From an uncultured Hyphomicrobiales bacterium (GTDB taxonomy: Bacteria > Bacteroidota > Ignavibacteria > Kapaibacteriales > UBA7675): a DNA stretch of 64,000 nucleotides. Below, piece by piece: positions 9,975 to 19,913 of the stretch (position 1 is its first letter; each line of letters starts with the position of its first letter). A program made the translations under genes and the position numbers. The notes below the pieces were generated by a model. The model did not search any database and had not been told where the DNA came from. It was given only the letters and a program-made list of their open reading frames with translations. The DNA lies in NCBI GenBank assembly GCA_964445695.1, contig CAYULF010000004.1:137880-201879 (forward strand), given 5' to 3'.

Positions 9975-10631
9975 TCAATCAATGGGAATAATGGGAAAAT
10001 CCACTCCGCCGCCGGGTTTGCCGAGGATGCGGCACATGGCGAGCACCTGCCCCTGATGATGGTACAGATGTGTGAGCGTGCGCATCACCACAAGTGCCGG
10101 TTTGAGCATGCGCTCATTGCCGCCCCAGGAAATCATCTTGCGCTCCGTGTTAAGTTCCTGCGGCGTCGAGCTGTTTAAATAATCAGCCGTCATGTTAAAG
10201 GTTTTGAGACGGTATTGTTCGAGCGAGTCAATGTCGGGATAATCTTCGAGATTTTCATCGGCGAGCATCTGGCCCAGCAGGACGCCGATCCAGTATTCGT
10301 TGGCGCCGATTTCATGACAAAGCTGCTCGCGCACGGTTGGCAATCCGAAGCCGGGAATGCTGCGATTCAGCTCTTCATTATTCAGTTGACGGCAATGGTC
10401 CAACAGGTCGCGCAAATTTTTGTGTGCGCGCAGATTCAGATCAAGCAGCGCTTCTTTTGTGTACAAGCTGGGTCTCCCGAAGAGGGTGAAGGAATTTTGG
10501 CAAATGTACAAAAATCCGGTCAGATGGGTATGAGTTGTCAGGATAGAATCAATCGAGCTGAAGACGCCGCCGGCGACAAGTTCGCAATGCTGCGCAAAGG
10601 CGGTGATGTCGTCGTTGAAATGCGCTTGCAC
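9975..10631 (-). CDS. DinB-family-like protein (second, divergent copy).
   Basis: C-terminal THLYHHQGQV motif parallels the neighbouring DinB gene. The N-terminal half has no match I recognise. Confidence 0.45.
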   Translation of the reverse strand: MQAHFNDDITAFAQHCELVAGGVFSSIDSILTTHTHLTGFLYICQNSFTLFGRPSLYTKEALLDLNLRAHKNLRDLLDHCRQLNNEELNRSIPGFGLPTVREQLCHEIGANEYWIGVLLGQMLADENLEDYPDIDSLEQYRLKTFNMTADYLNSSTPQELNTERKMISWGGNERMLKPALVVMRTLTHLYHHQGQVLAMCRILGKPGGGVDFPIIPID

Positions 10632-10780
10632 GGAGAACGTTTTGAGAATTTTTTACCCGGCCATATTGAAGAGTACTTTATCAGATTCGCGACAATGTGG
10701 CTGGTCGGTCGGTAAATTCCGATGAGCGGGCGGTTTTGGGTGATGAGCGGGTGCGTGTAGCGGATTGGACGTACTCCTCC

Positions 10781-11075
10781 GTGAAATCAAGTTGGGCCCG
10801 CCCCCGCCACCACCTCCGACGTCTGTTTATCCTCCACCACACAGGCCTCCCTGCCGGCCCGAATCAGCAGATTCCGCCCGGCTTTGCGCCTGTGTCAATA
10901 CGCCGACTCGTCAGCCGACACCCGCAACATCCGCACAAATTCACCGATCTCAAACCGTAAAAAGTTAATCGTACCCAAATACCGCACCAAGCGGGCAGAA
11001 TTCCTTCCTGAACGAAAAAAGAAACCCCATCGGTGTGCCGGCCGATGAGGTCTCTGTTCGCCGCATGGGCGCTAT
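10781..11075. repeat. Conserved noncoding element, copy A, immediately 3' of giant gene A. About 90% identical to copy B at 33393..33690.
   Basis: Direct comparison of the two regions. The C-rich tract GGGCCCGCCCCCGCCACCACCTCC is identical in both. The substitution pattern is not codon-like. Confidence 0.7.
11011..11052 (-). terminator. Rho-independent terminator of giant gene A.
   Basis: On the minus strand: stem CCTCATCGG / CCGATGGGG with loop, followed by TTTCTTTTTTCGTT. Confidence 0.6.
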
Positions 11076-11091
11076 CTGCTGAGTATCGTGC

Positions 11092-14000
11092 TTAGCGCTG
11101 AATCACAAGCTTCGACTCAATCACCTGATCACGACCGGCATTGTCGCGGAATTCAACCAACAGAATGTAAACTCCGGCCGGCAGCAGTGCTCCGTCGCGC
11201 TCAACCGCGGTCCAGCGGATCTGTTGTATACCCGTTGGCGAAGCCGCCTGCGCAAAACCGGCTATCCGACGTCCAGCCAGATCATGAATCGCAAAGGAAA
11301 CCGCTGCGCCCGTGCCAACGTCAATTCGAACTTCCTCCCCGCTGCGCAAAGGATTGGGCGTAACGCCGAGCAGTGGCGTCCGATCGACATTTGCAAGATC
11401 AGTCTGCGACTGTTTCGGCTGTACCACGCTAATGGTGATCGTCGCAGTTGATTCACCGCCGTGACCGTCGCTGACAGTGTACTGAATCTGATCCAGCCCG
11501 GTAACAGCGCCGGCGCTGTAGTCGATCGTCGTTCCACCGCCGCTGAGCGCTACCGTACCAAAACTGCCGTTAAGCGCATTGCTGATAGTTAACAAGTCGC
11601 CGTCGGGATCGCTGTCGTTGCCGAGCGGCATCAGCACTTTGACGTTGTTTGCTGCCACGGCGCCCGCCGCATCGGACACTGCCAGCGGTTTGTGATTGCG
11701 CTGCAGCACCGCCACCGCATCTTCAGCCGATCCGGGAACGTAGGCAAACGCTCCGTCCGGCGAAATCGCCGCCATGCCCGCACCTGCCAGTCCATCGTAA
11801 CCATTAATGCCGTCCGTGTACACCCCGGCCAGATCAAGCGCGCCGCTCATCGGATTGCGATTAAACAAAACAACGGAGTTGTCGATTTGCCCCGCAGCCC
11901 ACAACTGTGCACCGTCCGGACTCAGGTTAACGCCGGAAACTCCGTTAAGTCCGGAAATCCCGATCGATCCATTGCTGTATTTCGCGCCAAAACTCAACGT
12001 GCCGTCGGCGGCGTTGCGATTAAACATCACCACGGCGTCATCGTAGTATCCGGCGGCGTACACATGACGACCGTCGGACGACACCGCAACATCACAAGCG
12101 CCATCGATTCCGTCAATTCCCGCCTGCCCGTTCTTGTACCGAGTCACATACGTCAGCTCTCCTGTAATGGCGTTGCGTCGGAACAGGGCAATCGCATCGT
12201 CGGCCATGCCACTGATGTAAACGTGTTTGCCGTCGAAACTGAGCGCCAATCCAAGCGCCTGTCGCAGTCCGTCAACGCCGTCCAGTCCATCCTTGAAGTA
12301 ACCCACAAAGCTAACTTCGTCAGTTAAGTCGTCCTTGCGGAAAATTGCGATGGAGTTGTCGTCGTGACCGCTTAACACAACCGTGCGTCCGTCCATGCTT
12401 ACATCCACACTGCGCGGTCGTTTCATTCCGTTAATCGTCAGTTCGCCGTCGGCCTGGCCCTTTTTCTTGCGAACAACAAAAGTCAGGTCGCCGTTTGTTT
12501 TATCGCGCCGGAAAACAACCAGCGCATTGTCGCCGTAACCGGCGGCGTAGAGGAAAGCACCGGACGGGTCGATGGCCAGGTCCGACGGATACTTTAGTCC
12601 GACAATGCCGGCGCGTTGATCCCGTACGCGCGAAAGATAGTTTAAGGTGCCGTCGACCGGATTGCGTTGGAAAATGACGATTGAATGTTCATTGCGTCCG
12701 GCGGCATACACAAAGCGGCCATCGGGACTGACAACCGCGCTGCAAACGTTTTCCAGCCCGCGAATATCACCGACGCGATTGCGCTGAAGTTGCAGCATCC
12801 CGGCATTAACCGGCAGCTCTTCGTCGGCCGGCACCACCACAACCACGGCTCCGGTGGCCAGACAGAGGCCGGCCGTCCGCATCGTGTAGTTAAACACTTC
12901 ACTTCCGCTGAAACCCGCGTCGGGCACATACGTCACTACGGCACCCAGAAACGTTGCCTGGCCGTGCTGCGGCTCGTCAACGAACAGCAAAGAAGCGCTG
13001 CTGCCCAGGTCGTTGTTTAACACATTGACACTTGCACTGCTGTTGGTCACCAGCAGGTAGTCCATGGCAGTCAGCACAGTTTTGGGTGTGATAATCAACT
13101 GCTCGGACAGATTGCAACCAGTGAGTGTGTTTCGGCTGACGGACAGAACTGCCGATGTGCCTCCCTGATCCCAGATCACCTGGACCTGATCACTACCCTG
13201 CCCGCTTACGATCTGCCCGCCGACGATCGACCAAAGATGTGTAGCCGTGTTGTCTTCCGGCAATGCGCTATATGTTAACAACATGTTTGGACAGCCGCAG
13301 GTCGACCCGGTGATGGACAAGTCAGCAACAGGATCAACCTGTATGCTGATCGTTGTCGCAACTTCATAGATGCCGTCGACTACTCGAATCGTCACTGTCG
13401 CGGAGCCGGTCGCCCCACAGACCGGAACGGCCTGAAACTGAACAGAAGACGCCGGCGAAGCCAGAGTCAGATTGACATCTGTAAACAGAGATTGATTGTT
13501 GGACGTTGCGCTCAGCAACATGCCGCTGTAATCCTTGTCGACGTCGATAATCGAAATCACGGCGCTGGTTTGCTGATTTTCTTTGTTTGTCAACGTGAGC
13601 GGAGCCGACAGCATCGGCGGATCGTTGACCGGCAGAACACTTAACAGAATCGTCGTCGAACGCGTGAATTCGCCGTCATTCAGAAAGAACTCCAGCGTCG
13701 TAGCGCCGTGTGCGTCGGCGGCGGGTTGCAGTACAACATTGGTCGTAGCGCTCAGCGTACCGGCCACGATGCCCGAGCTTGCTATCAGCGCCTGACTGGC
13801 CGACGTGGCGGTCAGCACCAACATGTTAAACGGCGTGTCGACGTCCGTCAGCTGCAGAACGGCGGTAGTGGCCGTATCTTCATCCGTCGTGACGAGCGAT
13901 GCGTACGCCCTGATCACCGGTGGATCGTTAACCGGGTTCACCGTTAATGTCAGAGATGTTGTTCGGGTGTAAACTCCGTCGACGACACTGACCGTAATGA

Positions 14001-17000
14001 TCGCCGCTCCGTTCGCATTTAACTCCGGTATGACTTCCATGTTTGTCGTCGCACCGGTAGCGCCCAGTATGATCCCGCCGCCGGAGAGCAGAGACTGATT
14101 GGCTGAAGTTGCGCTCAACAGCAAGTGTGAAAAGGGCGTGTCTATATCGCTGAGCAGGATTGTCGCATTTGTCGACACATCCTCATCTGTCGTCAATTGC
14201 GGGTTGACAAGCGTGAGCAGCGGCGGATCGTTGACCGGATTAACATTCAGCGTGAACGTCGTCGACACGGTCGCCTGGCCGTCAAAGGCTGAGATCGTGA
14301 CCAACGCCGTGCCATTGGCGTTCGGCACGGGATTGACTTCCACCTGCATCGAAGCGGCCGTAGCCGAAAGCACAAGGCCGGCATTCGACACAAGTGTCTG
14401 GTCGCTTGACGTAACGCTGACTGCGATCTGGTTAAACGCATTGTCGACGTCGAACAGGCTGAACGTTAAACTCGTAGCCTGATCTTCATCCGTCGCCAGC
14501 AAATCAGCGGCTGCGAGCAGCGGCGCGTCGTTAACAGGCAGAAATGAAACTAGCACCGTTGTGCTGTGCGTCAGTTCGCCGTCGTCGACGCTGAAGGTCA
14601 ACGGCACGTTGTTGAAATTGGCGTCCAGTGCCGGTGTAATGATAAACTGCGTATTGGCCGATGTTGCGCCGGATTGTACGATCGAGGCGATCGTCGATCC
14701 GTCGGTCACAGGCAGTGTCAGGTTCAAAGCGCCAATGCCCGGCCAGACGTCCTTCACTTTCAGCGTCAGCAGCAGCGGAGTATCTTCGGTCCCAACGTGC
14801 AGCGTCTGATTGGTCGCAATCCGCGGTTGGTCGTTGTTGAGTGTAAAGTTCGCCCGGGTATGTCCGGCGTCGGTAAACAGCGTCACCGGCAGCACCGCCG
14901 CGTTAACGCCCAGACCGGCCGGAATCTGCAGCGACGAACTTGTCAGCCCGACACTGTTGATCGTCAGAGATGTCGTACCGGTCGAATTGCCCAGTTGATT
15001 AACCGTTGCGATGTTCGCCGCCGTTATGTAAACGTGATGTCCCCGGGCGTCGAAACTGATCGACGCCGTCGTGACGGTCGCAGCTGCCGGCGCAAAAGCA
15101 GAAATCGTCGGCTCGTCAAGATTCTGCCAGATGCGCTCGGCGCCGTCGCGCGCCACAATGACTTCCAACGCGCCGTCCGAATCGATATCGCCCAGGTCGG
15201 CTCCGCGCGAAACGCCGCTGCCGCGCACGCGACGCTTAAACGTTCCGTTGCCATTATTCAGCCAGAACTCGTCAGCGTTGTCCGTCGCAATGACTGCGTC
15301 GGGAAATCCATCTGCGTTGATATCGCCAACAACTATGCCGTTAACCGCGCCCGCAACAACTGATGCGCTGGTCGTAAATGCAGCGTTGCCGTCGTTGAGT
15401 AGAATTTCTACCGTCGGCTCGTTCAGCTGTGACTTGCTCGCCACCAGCAGGTCGACAAAGCCGTCGCCGTTGACATCCGCCGCTGCAACTTCACCGGCTT
15501 CGCGATTGTCGAGATTCTGCTCGGTAAACGTGTTGTCATTGTTATTAAGGTGGATTGTGCTCCCGCCGCTGCCGTGGCCGACAAAGATGTCTACGGCGTC
15601 GTCACCGTTCAGATCGACAAGCGCCACAAATTCGGCCGCTCCGTTGATAAAAGGCGCAACCGCAGGAATACCACCGCCGTTGTTGCGCCCCAGCAACAAG
15701 CCGGAACTCGACGTCCACAAAACGTCAAGATCACCGTCGCCGTCAAGGTCGTTTACGGCAACTCTGGTTGTGCTGCGTCCCTGGTTCAGTCCGAATTGTG
15801 TCGCGACAAAAGTTCCGTCGCCGTTGTTCATCCAGACTTCGGCCATGGCCGAGCCGGAACTGGCCAGGGCTGCATCCAGATCACCGTCGCCGTCCAGATC
15901 GCCGAGTTTAACCGCGCGGTACTCGTCCGGTCCATAGGAGTTCTGGTTAAACGTTCCGTCGCCCTGACCAAGCCAGATCGACGAGGTACCGCCCTCATTG
16001 ACGACGATGGCATCCAGCAGGTAGTCGCCGTTCAGATCGCCGAGCGCTACGTCGTTTGACATGCCCGAACCGAGAGCGAGTGGATAATATCCACCCGTAC
16101 CCTCCGGCACTGCAGCGGTATAGCTGAGAACTTGCGGAATCTGCGTCTGATTAATATTGTTAACAGCTTCGCGTGCACTGATTACGACTTTTTCTCCCGG
16201 AAAAAATTCGATGCCCGGATCGATCGCCACGACCAGATTCGTGGTGTTGGCGCTCAATCCGGCTGTTGTCCAGCGCAGTCCGCTTTGCATTCCCTGCACC
16301 GTCAGATTCTGAATTGCCGCCGTTGTAGTCTGCTCTAATTGATCCACCAGAGTCCGTTCGCGCCAGGTCAGCTCGATGTCGTCATCCACACCGCCGTTAA
16401 ACGAGTTACGCGCGGGGGACATTGAAATCACACGCGGCAGCGGATTATCATTGAGAAAGAGCTTGCCGGTGGAGCCGTCGCCGGCCACCAGGTCGAGGTC
16501 GCCGTCGCCGTCAAGGTCGGCACTGCGCATCGCCACCATGCCGAAGTCCTGCGGCGACGACGAAGAAAAAGTTGCGTCGCCGTTGTTTAACAACAAAAGA
16601 TCGGGATTTGCGTTTGCCAGAATCAGAATGTCGAGGTCGCCGTCGCCGTCGTAATCGCCGGTGTCGACCGAGCTACCATTGCCCGTGTTGCCGATTAGCG
16701 ACTGTGCAAAAACGGCGTTGCCCTGATTCAGAAACAGTTCACTTTGCGCGCCGCTATCGGTACCGGCAACGATGTCCAGCAGACCGTCGTCGTTGAAGTC
16801 GGCCAGTTCAACTTCGAAGTAACGCCCCGAGGCGATTTCAAACTCGTCAAAACCGCCATTGCCGTCACCGAGCCGGATTTCAAGCGGCTGCGGATTGGGA
16901 AAGTCGCGCCGCGCCGAAACGACGTCCAGATTTCCGTCCTTGTCCAGGTCGCCGATTTTAACGCTCTGATATCGTCCCGTCGCCAGGCTCGATTCGGCAA

Positions 17001-19428
17001 AAGTCGCGTCGCCGTTGTTGCGGAACAAACGCAGCTCGGTCAGGCTGCCGACCAACAAATCGAGATCGCCGTCACCGTCAAGATCACCCACGGCTGCATC
17101 GAGCAGGGGCATCAGCGGTCCAAAAGTGGACGTAGTAAACGAGGCCGAGCCGTTGTTTTCCAGCAACATCAGATTACTGCCGATGACATCGACAACGACA
17201 TCCAGGTCGCCGTCGCCGTCGAAATCAGCGGCAATGGCATGCGCGTCCGCACCCGGCGCAATTCCAAGCGCATCTTTTTGCCAGGTGCCGTCGGAACCGA
17301 CATTTAACAGATGAATATTATTCTGTTCAATCAGCAGCGTTTCGGCGATGTGATCGCCGTCAAAGTCGCCCGCGAGAAAGTTTTCGGCTGCTCCAAGTTC
17401 GTCGGCTGTGAACTCCGCACTGCCGCCGACAGACGCTACGCGGAATCCGCTCACAACAGGGTTCGCCAGCTCGACGCCGGCCTGAGACTGACCTCCCGTT
17501 GACGAAACAGAAATGAATTCCCCGGGCAGGAAATCGTCGGCGGGGTTAAAAGTCAGGACGCGATCTGTGCCGTCAAATGTCGCAGGTGCGCTAAGCACGC
17601 GACCGGACTGCGAACCATGTAAAAATACCGAGGTGTTAAGCGGACTGACGCTGACCGTGTTCATCGTGGAGTTAAACTCCAGCTCGACATTGCTGTCGCG
17701 CGGCGCGGCATTTTCATTGGCGGCCGGAGTGACGGACGCAAGTTGGACCACGGATTGATTAAACAGAATGCGATTTGCGCCGTCGCGCACCAGCACGGCA
17801 TCCAGATCGCCGTCGCCGTCAAGATCACCGAAATCAAGCGCCAGAAAACTCGCGCCGCCGACCGAACTCGTTGAGAAATTGCCCGTGCCGTCATTGATGC
17901 TCAGACGACATCCGCTCTCCGAACTTAACATATCGAGATCGCCGTCGCCGTCCAGATCGGCAAATCCGTGGCGATAGTTGACAAAACTCGTTTCGATAAA
18001 ACTGTCACCGTTGATATCGGCAAACTTTAACGAATAGAAACCGCCGTTGTTAAACGTTGGACCGCCGATATTTTGACCACTGAACGTACCGTCGCCATTG
18101 TTGGACAGACGGTGACTGGTCCAGAGACGACCGACGATTCCCAGCTCCAGGTCGCCGTCGTGGTCGTAGTCGGCCAGTCTCGTCTGGTTCTGGAATCGCG
18201 TGCGTTGGTATGTGACGTTGTTAAACGTGCCGTCGCCATTGTTGAAAAAGAAGTCGTCATAGTCGAGATTTTCCGAGTACATGATGACATCCAGATCGCC
18301 GTCGCCGTCGATATCGCCAATTGAGACACCGGTGTTTTCGCTGTTGTAGCGACCAAAGTACGAGCTCGTAAAAGTCCCGTCGCCATTGTTAAAAAAGATG
18401 CGATTCTGGCGCTGCCAGCCGCCGGTCACGATGTCCAGATCGCCATCGCCGTCCATGTCCGCCAGGCCCAGACCGCGCGTTTTGCGTTCGTCGCTGCAAC
18501 AAGCCACGGCCAATTCGGATGTGGTAAAATTGCCGGCGCCATCGTTGAGCCAGACTTCATCCTGCTGCCCGAAGTTACCGACCACGACATCCAGATCGCC
18601 GTCGCCGTCAAGATCGCCGATTGCGACTTCGCGACTGTTCGAGTTGTTGGCGCCATGACCGAAGTTCACGCTTTTAAAATCGGGTGCGCCGCCGCTCGCC
18701 ACCGCTGCGTTAAACTGGAACACGGTGTAGTTGGCCATGGTAGCGCCGGTTGACGACTGCGCCGCGCGCACGGTGACGTCGACGCGTTCACCCGGCTTAA
18801 ACATTCCCGTCGGTCGCAAAACCACCTGTTTATTGTTGTTGCGGTAAAACAGCGCGGCATCGGCCGAGATATAACCGGTTTGAGACCCGTATACCACCAG
18901 GTTGGCGGCCGTTGTTGTTGTGGCGGTCGTCAGCGTGGTCACGTCCATACTGCGATCGAAGTCGATGGTAATTCCGGTGTTGCGCGGCGCGGCCAATGCA
19001 TTCGTCGAGGGCGAGAGAGCAACAATCTTCGGCGCCTGCGCAAACAGACCTTGCGGCGTAATCATTGCGGCGGCGGACAGAACGGCCGCGCACAATGCGG
19101 TACGCGGCGACGAGTCCACAATCTTGCCGAAACGGAGCAGACCGATGCGGCGCTCCAGCTGCGACATACGTTTAAACAAACATCGAATGCGTTTGGCTGT
19201 CGAATTCCGCTGCTGCTCTTCGTTGTTTTCGATTCGAATCAGTCGGCGCAGTGTTTTGCGATAGCGGCGCAGCAGCACGCCCATGTTCGCGTTTGAGTCA
19301 GACCACATTGTGTTAACCTTTATTTGGTCCATTGCAAAAGAAATGTTCGATTGATCGTCGAGCTCAGGGCGGTGGCTTTCAGTAAGTTTCCGTTTAAGCT
19401 GCACCGCCGTTTTGGCTGTTTTAAACAC
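11092..19428 (-). CDS. Giant secreted adhesin-like T9SS cargo protein (2778 aa). It contains FG-GAP/VCBS beta-propeller repeats, five cadherin-like (VNDAP) domains, a 7-bladed lactonase-type beta-propeller and a T9SS C-terminal sorting domain.
   Basis: Many DxDGDGDLD FG-GAP motifs. Repeats of PVNDAP/PVNDPP about every 100 aa. Lactonase-like blades (VSPDGRFVYAAGRNEHSIVIF...). C-terminus ...IHDLAGRRIA...AGVYILLVEF...KLVIQR matches the Por_Secre_tail pattern. Confidence 0.8.
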   Translation of the reverse strand: MFKTAKTAVQLKRKLTESHRPELDDQSNISFAMDQIKVNTMWSDSNANMGVLLRRYRKTLRRLIRIENNEEQQRNSTAKRIRCLFKRMSQLERRIGLLRFGKIVDSSPRTALCAAVLSAAAMITPQGLFAQAPKIVALSPSTNALAAPRNTGITIDFDRSMDVTTLTTATTTTAANLVVYGSQTGYISADAALFYRNNNKQVVLRPTGMFKPGERVDVTVRAAQSSTGATMANYTVFQFNAAVASGGAPDFKSVNFGHGANNSNSREVAIGDLDGDGDLDVVVGNFGQQDEVWLNDGAGNFTTSELAVACCSDERKTRGLGLADMDGDGDLDIVTGGWQRQNRIFFNNGDGTFTSSYFGRYNSENTGVSIGDIDGDGDLDVIMYSENLDYDDFFFNNGDGTFNNVTYQRTRFQNQTRLADYDHDGDLELGIVGRLWTSHRLSNNGDGTFSGQNIGGPTFNNGGFYSLKFADINGDSFIETSFVNYRHGFADLDGDGDLDMLSSESGCRLSINDGTGNFSTSSVGGASFLALDFGDLDGDGDLDAVLVRDGANRILFNQSVVQLASVTPAANENAAPRDSNVELEFNSTMNTVSVSPLNTSVFLHGSQSGRVLSAPATFDGTDRVLTFNPADDFLPGEFISVSSTGGQSQAGVELANPVVSGFRVASVGGSAEFTADELGAAENFLAGDFDGDHIAETLLIEQNNIHLLNVGSDGTWQKDALGIAPGADAHAIAADFDGDGDLDVVVDVIGSNLMLLENNGSASFTTSTFGPLMPLLDAAVGDLDGDGDLDLLVGSLTELRLFRNNGDATFAESSLATGRYQSVKIGDLDKDGNLDVVSARRDFPNPQPLEIRLGDGNGGFDEFEIASGRYFEVELADFNDDGLLDIVAGTDSGAQSELFLNQGNAVFAQSLIGNTGNGSSVDTGDYDGDGDLDILILANANPDLLLLNNGDATFSSSSPQDFGMVAMRSADLDGDGDLDLVAGDGSTGKLFLNDNPLPRVISMSPARNSFNGGVDDDIELTWRERTLVDQLEQTTTAAIQNLTVQGMQSGLRWTTAGLSANTTNLVVAIDPGIEFFPGEKVVISAREAVNNINQTQIPQVLSYTAAVPEGTGGYYPLALGSGMSNDVALGDLNGDYLLDAIVVNEGGTSSIWLGQGDGTFNQNSYGPDEYRAVKLGDLDGDGDLDAALASSGSAMAEVWMNNGDGTFVATQFGLNQGRSTTRVAVNDLDGDGDLDVLWTSSSGLLLGRNNGGGIPAVAPFINGAAEFVALVDLNGDDAVDIFVGHGSGGSTIHLNNNDNTFTEQNLDNREAGEVAAADVNGDGFVDLLVASKSQLNEPTVEILLNDGNAAFTTSASVVAGAVNGIVVGDINADGFPDAVIATDNADEFWLNNGNGTFKRRVRGSGVSRGADLGDIDSDGALEVIVARDGAERIWQNLDEPTISAFAPAAATVTTASISFDARGHHVYITAANIATVNQLGNSTGTTSLTINSVGLTSSSLQIPAGLGVNAAVLPVTLFTDAGHTRANFTLNNDQPRIATNQTLHVGTEDTPLLLTLKVKDVWPGIGALNLTLPVTDGSTIASIVQSGATSANTQFIITPALDANFNNVPLTFSVDDGELTHSTTVLVSFLPVNDAPLLAAADLLATDEDQATSLTFSLFDVDNAFNQIAVSVTSSDQTLVSNAGLVLSATAASMQVEVNPVPNANGTALVTISAFDGQATVSTTFTLNVNPVNDPPLLTLVNPQLTTDEDVSTNATILLSDIDTPFSHLLLSATSANQSLLSGGGIILGATGATTNMEVIPELNANGAAIITVSVVDGVYTRTTSLTLTVNPVNDPPVIRAYASLVTTDEDTATTAVLQLTDVDTPFNMLVLTATSASQALIASSGIVAGTLSATTNVVLQPAADAHGATTLEFFLNDGEFTRSTTILLSVLPVNDPPMLSAPLTLTNKENQQTSAVISIIDVDKDYSGMLLSATSNNQSLFTDVNLTLASPASSVQFQAVPVCGATGSATVTIRVVDGIYEVATTISIQVDPVADLSITGSTCGCPNMLLTYSALPEDNTATHLWSIVGGQIVSGQGSDQVQVIWDQGGTSAVLSVSRNTLTGCNLSEQLIITPKTVLTAMDYLLVTNSSASVNVLNNDLGSSASLLFVDEPQHGQATFLGAVVTYVPDAGFSGSEVFNYTMRTAGLCLATGAVVVVVPADEELPVNAGMLQLQRNRVGDIRGLENVCSAVVSPDGRFVYAAGRNEHSIVIFQRNPVDGTLNYLSRVRDQRAGIVGLKYPSDLAIDPSGAFLYAAGYGDNALVVFRRDKTNGDLTFVVRKKKGQADGELTINGMKRPRSVDVSMDGRTVVLSGHDDNSIAIFRKDDLTDEVSFVGYFKDGLDGVDGLRQALGLALSFDGKHVYISGMADDAIALFRRNAITGELTYVTRYKNGQAGIDGIDGACDVAVSSDGRHVYAAGYYDDAVVMFNRNAADGTLSFGAKYSNGSIGISGLNGVSGVNLSPDGAQLWAAGQIDNSVVLFNRNPMSGALDLAGVYTDGINGYDGLAGAGMAAISPDGAFAYVPGSAEDAVAVLQRNHKPLAVSDAAGAVAANNVKVLMPLGNDSDPDGDLLTISNALNGSFGTVALSGGGTTIDYSAGAVTGLDQIQYTVSDGHGGESTATITISVVQPKQSQTDLANVDRTPLLGVTPNPLRSGEEVRIDVGTGAAVSFAIHDLAGRRIAGFAQAASPTGIQQIRWTAVERDGALLPAGVYILLVEFRDNAGRDQVIESKLVIQR

Positions 19429-19913
19429 AGGGAGCCCGCTCGGCCCCGCGCGTGTGCCGGCGACGCGGGGCCGAAGACTTGGCTCCGGAAATTGCTGTTA
19501 ACTGTTTGTGCGTTTGAATCGCACTACAAAAATACGGTGGTGATACAGCGACTTTTCTACGACATTATTACGACAAACACAGTACTATAGCGTCGGAGAT
19601 GGTGTATTTGAGTGAAAAATCGTCGCCTTTTACTACAAGCACTACAGCATCGCACTCCACTGCTGTCCCTGGAAATGCGAAGTTGGTCAAGTCTTCCGGT
19701 GTTTGAGTCCGGAAAAAAAGCGCATGAACACTGGCTTGAGGCAGGATTTGTGAATCCGAAACAGGTGACCGGCACTCCGGCGTTCAGAAAAGGGCTGGAT
19801 GTAGTAGCGCTACAGCAGTGTCGTAGTGCGACGAAAACAGTATCGCAGCAGACTCTGCAGCTCAGTTTGTTGAACTCATTGGTGCATCGTCGATGCGAAC
19901 GGTGAAAGTCAGG

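Noticed and set aside
10765-10968. Proline-rich small ORFs 10765..10968 and 33335..33580, whose translations look similar to each other (EIKLGPPPPPPP...).
   Set aside because: Their similarity comes from conserved DNA. Substitutions between copies fall mostly at would-be first and second codon positions. Their starts are not conserved. Conservation also continues past the stop codon. The region is better explained as a noncoding element.
11692-19264. Numerous 60-290-aa ORFs on the plus strand inside giant gene A (e.g. 11692..12327, 14566..15363, 15071..15937, 15550..16059). The same applies inside genes B and C (e.g. 43471..44505, 45469..46254, 46444..47562, 47779..48561).
   Set aside because: They are antisense to long, well-supported domain-rich genes. 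They are Arg/Ala/Ser-rich, as expected for a high-GC antisense frame, and lack start context.
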